A DNA stretch of 64,000 nucleotides from Podarcis liolepis (Eukaryota), in assembly GCA_965112155.1 (NCBI GenBank), contig OZ218102.1; one strand, given 5' to 3'. Each line of letters begins with the position of its first letter. The stretch's first letter is position 1. The translations under genes were made by a program, and so were the position numbers. Below the pieces are notes generated by a model. It did no database searches. It was not told the origin of the DNA and saw nothing but the letters and a program-made list of their open reading frames with translations. Shown here in pieces: positions 55,291 through 64,000 of this stretch.

Positions 55291-55803
55291 ATGTTCACAA
55301 TGGATCATTTGAACATGACCCAGCCCATGCTTGCTGCTGAAAGCACAGGACCTGCTGCCTCCACTCTTGAGAAAGGCGGAGGGAACGGAAACGAATACTT
55401 CTATGTCCTGATCGTGATGTCCTTCTACGGCATCTTCCTGATGGGCATCATGCTGGGCTACATGAAGTCCAAGAGGAAGGAGAAGAAATCCAACTTGCTG
55501 CTGCTCTACAAGGATGAGGAGAGGGCATGGGGACAGGCTGTCAAGCCTCTGCCCACCATCTCGGGACTGAGGTCTGTCCAGATCCCCATGATGTTCAGCA
55601 TGCTGCAAGAGAGCATGGCACCGGCTCTCTCCTGCACCCTCTGCTCCATGGAAGGCAGCAGCGTGAGCGAGTCTTCCTTGACAGACGTTCACCTCACTAT
55701 TCAAGAGGAAGTGGCTGATGCCGAGCTGGGAGAAACAGGCGAAGTGGCTCTCCTCGATGACAGCAGTGAAGGTTCTTCGGAAAGCATCCACCAAAATTCC
55801 TAG
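55291..55803 (+). CDS. KCNE4: Potassium voltage-gated channel subfamily E regulatory subunit 4 (MiRP3), 170 aa
   Basis: [38 protein letters not shown] region, LLLL motif and C-terminal [13 protein letters not shown]; ttgcag acceptor at 55264; start ATG at 55291. Confidence 0.98.
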   Translation: MFTMDHLNMTQPMLAAESTGPAASTLEKGGGNGNEYFYVLIVMSFYGIFLMGIMLGYMKSKRKEKKSNLLLLYKDEERAWGQAVKPLPTISGLRSVQIPMMFSMLQESMAPALSCTLCSMEGSSVSESSLTDVHLTIQEEVADAELGETGEVALLDDSSEGSSESIHQNS

Positions 55804-56820
55804 CGCTTGCAGGACCTGGAGACACAGCATCTTTCGAATGAGTAGAACTGAAGGAAAATCATTTCCCATTTTGCCTCCTGTCTCGATTTGTTGAGCACCA
55901 GTGATGGAAGGGGTGCTTGGAAGCAGGGAGGAGAGGCAGCAAGCAGAAAAACAACTGGGTAGGCATTTGTTGTGCATAGGAGAATAGTCTTGTTATTAAG
56001 GACAGGGAGGGATTTTTCTCTCCTGGAAAATGTGTTTGTGTGGCCTCTCTGTTTGCTTTAGAATGCTGCAAATATCTGGGAAGTAGCTGAGAAACATCAG
56101 GGATGTTTCGTGAATGAGCTGCCAGCCTCATGGATCTGGTCTTATGAGTGTTTCACCCCCATAAGCAAGTCTAAAAGAAAGAGTTTCTGTGGAAAATGTG
56201 GTCACCAAGGGCAGGGATAATGCAATACCAAACAAAGAGCTTTGCTTCAGCCAATGACTAAGCAGGAGCATAGTTTAATTCATTCTTGACTCTCAGATAT
56301 GTGCAGCTGTGTCAGAAGAAGTAGGTCCATGCGCAAGTATATCTGAACAAATATTTCTTTCAGAGTGTCCGTGAAAGAAATGCAGCTACATCCATCCATA
56401 TCAGCAGACCATGATCTCAATCCACGGGGATACTCAAACTCTTTTCATTTTAGTAGCATTTAGAGGGGGTGGGGTGGGGTAACACAATGAAACAGAGTGG
56501 GCACCATGGCGAAATTCTACAAAAACAGACACAGATCAGGCTAGGTCTGCATCATGATGCATGTATTTCTATGTCCTTATTTGCTGTAAGAATGTTTACC
56601 CCAATGGCTCCATTCAGCTATCATATGAAAAGCATGAATCAGAGCCCAAATCATATTTCAAGTTTCATAGCAGATGGGGGCAAATCATGGTTCAAATCTG
56701 CTTGCCTGCTTTTGTTTTCCATCTGTACAACACTCTTGTTCCAATGATTCAAGATACGGAACATGGCCTGTAACTGGCAATTTAGATTTCACACTGTAGC
56801 ACCATTATCACAAACCACTG

Positions 56821-56940
56821 GGCTGGATTCAGACTAAGTTAGTCATGCTTGAAATCAGTGGGAGTTAAGTTAGTAATGATAAACTTGTCCCACTGATTGT
56901 AATGGGAACAAAGCGTTACTGGCTTAGCCTGGATCCAACC
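56821..56940. mobile_element. Old palindromic MITE in the KCNE4 3' UTR
   Basis: GGCTGGATTCAGACTAAG / CTTAGCCTGGATCCAACC inverted ends; internal AATCAGTGGGA/TCCCACTGATT. Confidence 0.6.
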
Positions 56941-57878
56941 TTTTGTTTGCAAATGCCCTTCAAACTTAATTCCTGTTTCTCATTTGCTGGCTGTCTGCAA
57001 ACCACAGTTTGTAAGTTCAAATATCACGCTAAGCCATAGGTAAGCTTTTTAACCATAGTTTGGCACTGGTGTCTCTGCAGAACTGAACCACACTGTATGT
57101 TCATATTACAAATGCTTGAAACTTGCCAGTTAAACCTCTGCACAATTTTCATAGAGGGTTTCATAGCACTGGGGCAGAGGGGTTTTGCTTCCATCATGCA
57201 TTGCACTGGACAATAACGTCAGATCGGTCTCATAAGTCTGAGAACAGAAATGCTGCCAAAATGCCTCTCTGAGTTTTCTGAGCTAAATAGCTCCAGAACA
57301 TATTCATTGCCATGGGATACGGTGTGGGAAAACAGAGCATGAAAAGGGGACAGGCGCAAATGAGGCAAAGAGCTCTCATTTCCCACTCCCATCTGAAAGT
57401 CTCAGTTCCAAGTTCTGTATGAGTGGGGACAGACTAAATGGGACCTTCACCTCCTCTTTCTGATGTCACTGGGGATACTTTTGTTTGTGCAGAGACTTTG
57501 TTGCTCATTGACGAGTGGCTGCAGATCTCATTAAAGGCAATGGGAATATTTCATTGACTCGGCCGATCAACCCGCAAGCATGAATTCTGGGTTGCTTTAT
57601 TCCAAGAGGGACTGTTTTAAGTTTTCAAAGGAGCCAAATTACTTCTGGCATGTTGCCTGGAATCACTTGAATCCTGAAACTTTCCAACTCCGACTTTCGA
57701 GTTGTCATGTTTTTCCGTTGCTTTGTCCTCATTTCTTTGATTTCCGTACAAATCTACTTGTCACTCTCTCTTTGCTTCAAAAGACAATTGTGTATATACT
57801 TTGATACCAAGCTGTATATATTTGTCTTACATATTTAAGTTTAACTGTTCCTTTCTGACAAACACTAATTTTTATTTA

Positions 57879-57884
57879 AATAAA
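57879..57884 (+). promoter_or_regulatory. Probable KCNE4 polyadenylation signal
   Basis: AATAAA after an AU-rich tract with TGTA motifs, followed by a T/GT-rich element. Confidence 0.6.
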
Positions 57885-59360
57885 GCGATCACTCTTTTGT
57901 GAATTTTCTGCGGTGTGTGCTCAGTACTCCAATGGGGTCTCTGTGACTCAGGATTCCCTGGGGCAAATCTCACCTTTTCCATGAACTCTGCCTTGAGTAA
58001 GTTGCTGTGTCTCAAACTCAGTCCTCCCTTGCTTTCCCACCACTTCAATATGGAGCTAAGGTTGTTGTAAGGATTGCAACAGACCAGAATTACAGTGGCA
58101 TGACTTCAACATTAGCCAAATTTTTTCCTCCCCCATCTAGCCTGATAAAGAGTTCTGGGGGACTCAAAAGCTTGCACACAGTGTGTATTTTGAGCCAACA
58201 TACCTACTTTTATTTTGTGCAACAAGATAATGTTTCTGAAGCACTTGGTAGCACAGAACAAGGCAGTGGGCATTCTAGTTTATGGAAATTGTGGCTGAAA
58301 TTGCCACTGAAAGAAGTGAACAAACAGGTCTGCTTTTGATGGTAGGAGTGGGGAACCTTTTTCAGCTGAATGACTGCATTCCTTCACAGGGAACCTTTTG
58401 GGGGTTGCATTCCAGTGGTGGGCAGAGGAAAAAATGTGTGGGGCAGTACGAGATTTAAGGTGGTTCCCCTACACACGGTGCCAAGCCGAGCGGGCACAGA
58501 ACTGAGAAAATAACTGAGAAGATCCATTTGGGAGCACCAAATTCTCACAGGTGCCATATTACAAAAGATTACTAAAGTCTTCCCCTGTGTGGGTCAATGA
58601 ATAAGACTCTTACCTTTCTACAACAGGCTGCATCCCAGACATGCAAAATTCACTCTTTTTGCACGCATCTCTCTCTCTCTCCTCTCCATCGAGGCAAGAG
58701 GCATGATAATAGTTCAAGGACAGATTTTGGCCATGCAAAACACGAAGAGGCATAAAGCAGGGCTGAGAAGAGGGGAGGTCTGGAGTGGAGGAGGGCCAGG
58801 GGAGCATCTCAAAGGCCCGATAGACTAGGGGTGCTGCATTTGGCCACAGGACACAAGGTTCCCACCCCAGGCCTGGGGAGAGTCCTGAGGGCTGGATAAA
58901 AAGGCTCAGAGGGGGCTGAATTTGGACCATGGACCTGGACTTCCCTACCACTGCACTGCTACAAGTTTTCTTAACCTGAATGTGGAATGCCGTTCTGGTT
59001 GAGCATTTGGACTTGTATCTAATATACAACAAGATCCCCTTGAAAGTCTGTGGCGGCACTAGCGGTGATAATCCCAAGCAACTAGTTCCCAAATTGCCAC
59101 CCTAATATAACTGGGACATTGCTTCTCCTGGGATTAACGCTGTCTAATGTGAAAGATTACCTTACAGCTTTCCAGTGATGACATTCAAACGCTAAGAGCA
59201 TCAATATTGCCATCTTAGGACATAGCAGTGGTTGAGCCTGGAAGCTGCCAACCAACAATTAGCACTTGAGCAGCAGACTGAGCAGACACACAGGTCAACT
59301 GGTCACAATCTTCCTCACTATGTTATTCTATTTAAATTACAGTTTCTAAATTTGCCTCTA

Positions 59361-59441
59361 CTAACTTAGTTGGTCTTTAAGGTGCTACTGGAAGGAATTT
59401 TTTTATTTTGACTATGGCAGACCAACACGGCTACCTATCTG
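59361..59441 (+). mobile_element. 81-bp Penelope-like pseudo-LTR end
   Basis: Near-identical to 25840-25920; 13-bp TSD AAATTTGCCTCTA (59348-59360, 59442-59454). Confidence 0.85.
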
Positions 59442-61591
59442 AAATTTGCCTCTATATGCAAGATGAAGAAACTTATGGAAATCCATTCCTTCTTTTGTCC
59501 TCTATCTGGGTGATGCATATTTTCTTTTTGGGCTATCCTACTGCTGATGATGTAAGTGGAGGACATGTGACTGGGCTTGCCTTAGCTAAAGGACTGTTGG
59601 GCTGTCTTGGTACTCCTTTAAAGGCCCACTTGAATCAGTGGACTCTGAGTAGCAGGCTGCAGGGGATGGCAGGAGGAGAGTTAGGCTTCTGAGTGTGGCC
59701 TAGACAGGTCCGTAGGAAGCCAGTTAGAGACGACATAATTGCAAAACACCTCGCATATACATGCTGGTAGCATAATGGGTTTAAAGTGATTTAATTGGAT
59801 ACCAAGGGATTGGAAAGAAGCCTGTATGCACACTTTCTTGATTTCTGCAAGACAAAAGAACAGAGATGTGCTCTTTAGCACAATAAGTAATGAATATAAG
59901 AAAATTAGAAAAGTAATGGGGAAGGGGACCCCGTTGTAATAAAGTAGGTACAAGCAGCTGATGCAGATCAGAATCCCAGCAACCAGCTCCATTGATTAAA
60001 TACATAAATAAATGATAAATGAAATAAGACATTTTTAATATTCTCCCAGCTCAGTAACAGGAGAATTGCAATTTAACAGCCATGGCACAAAAGGAAAAAA
60101 GACTGGGAGGGCAGAGGGGGAAAAGCAAGCTCATGTATTACCTGAGAGCAAGCCCCACTGAGTTCAGTAGAACTTCTGTGTTGACATGGTTGCACCAGCA
60201 CTGTTAGTTACTATCTGTCTTGCGCTCCCTGTTTCAAATGGCTAAACTGTAGGATTTTAACCTTTTGGAAAGGGCTCCAAGGGTGCAGGATTGTAAATGA
60301 TGGCAGTAAAGCCTGGAAATGTAGGGCAAGCAGGGCAGAGAGCAGCGGCTTCACCAACTACCTTACAGACCAGACCAACGGCTCATCTAGCCAAATGTCC
60401 TGTTCTCACAGGGATCAGTCAGATTGTCTGTGGGGAAAACCCACAGGCAGGATTCATGCACAAGAACACTCATTAATGTATGCATTTTTTACAGTCTTTT
60501 TAAAACATACACCTTTTTGTATAGGTCTCTTTGGTCAGAAAATCACACTGCAAAATTCAGAGGTCAGTGAATTTTGAAGGATAGCTGTTTTAGTTTGTAT
60601 GTTGTTTCAGGAAATGCAAATTTCCCAATTAATACGCATTCCAAGCTGAATTTCTTCTTCAACCCTCCTGCAAGGGACACACAGCTTTGCTTGTACTGTG
60701 ATCCACTGGAAGATGTCAGGGCTGTGAAGGGAAAAGTGATGGCCCACTCCACGGCAAAACAATGGCTTTTGAGACTCGGGTAACCAAAATGTACCATCTG
60801 AAAATGTATGTTTCTCTAAGGTCTGCTCTTCTGACTCCCAACTGTGCATGGAGTCTTCAAACATTTCCATTCACTTTGATTTTGGGTTGTTATGCAATTA
60901 AGCTGGTGACCTTTAGCAACATTGGAACTAATATGAAATCAAAACAAACACTGAAGTTCAGCTTAACCTGATCCAGAAATTCTTGAAATATTTTCAACAA
61001 GGGACGTAAGCCAAAAACTATATAGTATATATGAATTAGCTGACAGGTCCACAATAAAATTCTCTCCAAGATCTAACATAGGCCTGATTTGCCCTGGCTA
61101 CATGCCGGGGTGAGCTGGGGGTGGGGCAGGGGGAATGCAAAATGTGCTGGACTTCCATAAAACATGTCTCATTTGCTTGGGAGAAATAGGCCTTGGCACA
61201 AATGCAATGCATGTTCACATCTGGCCAGAGTAAACATTAAAAAAACCCTCTTGCTTAACTTGACTAGTTAATTGGCAATGACATGGAAAGCAAAGTGGTT
61301 TCCTGGATGCCTGTTGACCTGAATATCACCCCTTACTGTCCACCCCCCTGCCCCCTGCCAGAATGAAGGCAGTTGTGGTACTCGGGGAAAGGGATGGCAA
61401 AACAACATGAGCCCAGCATAGACCTAGATTTCAATGAGGTGATAAATTTAGGTCTCTGGGGACAGACACTTCAGACTATAGGCAGGGACTCCTGTGATGG
61501 AATGCTCCTCCATGAGAAAAATATTCCTGTACATAGAAAATGACAATTTCAGGAAGAAGGCCAGGCTACAAAGCCTTCTGCCAGTCACCCA

Positions 61592-62223
61592 CAAGGTGTG
61601 ACCGGAAAGTTCGGTGAATGGTCACAGAAATGGGACAGCAAGAACATACAATCGGCATCGGAAACCCACAAAATGCTCACAATTGTGTACAGAGATGAAG
61701 CTGAAACTCAAAAACAGTGTATGAGTGGTTTAAGCATTCCGGTGAAGGGCGGCAAACAATCAAAGATGACCCTCAGTCTGGCAGACCGCCGACGAGCAGA
61801 ATGGCGGCACATGTTGACAGGGTTCATGAGTTATTGATGTGGGAGTGACGTTTGTCTGTCCAAATGATGGCAGAAGAATTGCATATTCTGCGTGAAATCG
61901 TTACTGAGGTTACTGAATTGTCCCACCCTCCATATTCTCCCCATCTAGCTCCACCGGACTTCTTTCTTTTTCCAAAACTGAACTCTGCCCTGAAAGGGCA
62001 CAGATTTCCCAACATTTCACACGTCCAAGCTGCTGTGACAAGGGAATTGAAAACAGTACGAAAAGCGAACTTCTCCAGAAGTTTCCAACAGTTCTATGAA
62101 CATTGTCAATGGTGCATTGCATCAGAGGGGGCCTACTTTGAAGGCCTGTAAAGTATGTATGTTGGAATATTTCTCGCTGTCCGATTTCTGTGACCATTCA
62201 CTGAACTTTCCAGTCACACCTTG
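61592..62223 (+). mobile_element. Internally deleted mariner transposon (transposase pseudogene)
   Basis: About 53-bp TIRs; N-terminal EWFKHSGEGRQTIKDDPQSGRP and C-terminal HPPYSPHLAPPDFFLFPKL...GAYFEG mariner motifs. Confidence 0.92.
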
Positions 62224-62590
62224 CAGTTTTCCACGCAGAAGAGATTTTTTGGGGTAGGAGGAGCATATGGTAATGGGACCCTCTCCCCACATCTACAGTC
62301 TGAAGTGGTAGAATTCAAGGGCAACTTTAGCACTGAAGGGTCTATGATGAACAAGGGAAGAAGTTAGATGAGGTCAGCTAGCACAGGATATACGGAACAA
62401 AATGTGGGAAAAGCAATCTTGATTAAATTGAGGGAAATTTCACTGACAGTATATTGCATGGATTGTATGTAACCTTGGTAAGACTTGCACAAATAATGCA
62501 ATGTACTGGAGATGGTGTAATCAAAGAAGGACATGCATACACATGTGGTGGAATTGTGCGAGCCAGTGGCAAGTTTTGGGGAAAGAAGTA

Positions 62591-62944
62591 CAGTGGTGCC
62601 CCGCAAGACGAATGCCTCGCAAGACAAAAAACTCGCTAGACGAAAGGGTTTTGCGGTTTTTGAGCTGCTTTGCAAGACGAATTTCCCTATGGGCTTGCTT
62701 CGCAAGACGAAAACGTCTTGCAAGTTTGTTTCCTATTTCTTAACACCGTTAATACAGTTGCGACTTGACTTCGAGGAGCAACTCATAGAACGTGGTGTGG
62801 TAGCCTTTTTTGAGGTTTTTGAAGACTTTGGTGATTTTTGAAGCTTTTCCAAAACTTTTCCAACACCGTGCTTCGCAAGACGAAAAATTCGCTAGACGAA
62901 AAAACTCGCGGAACGAATTAATTTCGTCTTGCGAGGCACCACTG
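62591..62944. mobile_element. CAGTGGTGCC-family MITE with a distinct interior
   Basis: TA TSD, TIRs and CGCAAGACGAA motifs. Confidence 0.9.
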
Positions 62945-64000
62945 TAATAACAAAACACCCACTATAGTTTTCAGCAATCTTGGCTTTATTAACAAATATG
63001 GAACAAAAAAAATGAGACAGGTAAATCCAAAGACATAATAGGCATTATGACACTAGCAGCTATAGTGAGAAATGCAGAGACAGTTGGCTCCTTAACCCTG
63101 GCTCACTGACATCAGGAATTATGGCAAAGAACCATTGCTGAAAAATTGACACACAAGATTTGCTTAGCCAAGGGTGTGGGTAATTTAGACTTTTACCTTG
63201 TGTTTGGCATGACACCATAACCTACTCAAATGGAAAAGGGTCTATAAACACCTTTCAAAAATCTCGTTTTTTTTAACTATGGAAGAGAGATTAAATGAGT
63301 GATAGCATTGAACACCAGTCTTTAAAATTAACTGGGCAAACCTGGGATGGGAGAAAAAAAGCAAAGACGAATATAGAACTTAAGATCCTTGATGGACTTT
63401 GCTGTGCGAACCTATAACCAATGACTTGTACTTATTTGTTCTGTTTTTTCTTTCATTTGTGTTCATTTTTATGCAGTGTTCGTTACTTAGCAAATAAATA
63501 AATGAAGGTGGTTCACATGAAATGATACATGACTGGATCTCCTACATCATCAACAGCAGCAGCTTTACCGGCCTGCCAAATCAGGTCAGGGCTGTGGTGC
63601 TTGAGGGTGCAACATAAACTCTTTCCCCTGTTCACAATTCCACATCTAATGCTGTTACTGGTCCCATGGGAAAACATACAGGTCTCTTCACACTAATGAA
63701 CGCAGAAGGGACATCCACTTATTTTGTCTGGCTTGGGATGGTGTAGTGAGTTGATCCTCTTCCGATAGCTAGCCTCTATGTGCATTGGGAGGGTTTAGGT
63801 GAGAGCAAACACCCCCCTTAGCTTTGTCCCTGTGCTCCTTTGAATCTTAACATCCTTTGTTGAGGAGACTAGCTATATGTTTCTGTATGCAGTTATTTTT
63901 TAAAAAAAATTCTACTGCAAATGCTAGATCAAGTGCTCTGGGCTTGCATGGAATAGTGTCCTTGAACAATTGTTAGTCGTAGAACGAATTATCAAACCAT

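Noticed and set aside
55249-55977. 242-aa antisense ORF over KCNE4, and the TTG start at 55288
   Set aside because: Shadow ORF of a GC3-rich CDS with no recognisable homology; the real start is ATG 55291 (or 55300).

Overview
Eukaryotic (vertebrate) genomic DNA, almost certainly from a lacertid lizard, judged from the Sauria SINEs, BovB and lacertid-type MITEs. The window holds the last 12 coding exons of ACSL3 (+ strand, 4741-18716; the 5' part of the gene lies upstream) and the complete KCNE4 gene (+ strand; probable non-coding exon 1 ending at 53870, single-exon CDS 55291-55803). This ACSL3-KCNE4 order matches human 2q36. The rest is intron, UTR and intergenic DNA rich in mobile elements: four Sauria SINEs with TSDs, a BovB 3' fragment, L2 fragments, many Tc1/mariner-type and hAT MITEs, a deleted mariner and two solo LTRs upstream of KCNE4. 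The most interesting signals are a family of short Penelope-like (PLE) insertions, one carrying an intact minimal hammerhead ribozyme (25796-25833), a second decayed hammerhead (about 58140), and a 718-bp TSD-less insertion resembling a DIRS/Ngaro terminal repeat. There are two assembly gaps (981-1146, 39134-39267). Most ORFs in the supplied track are spurious. All family assignments come from pattern recognition; no database searches were run.
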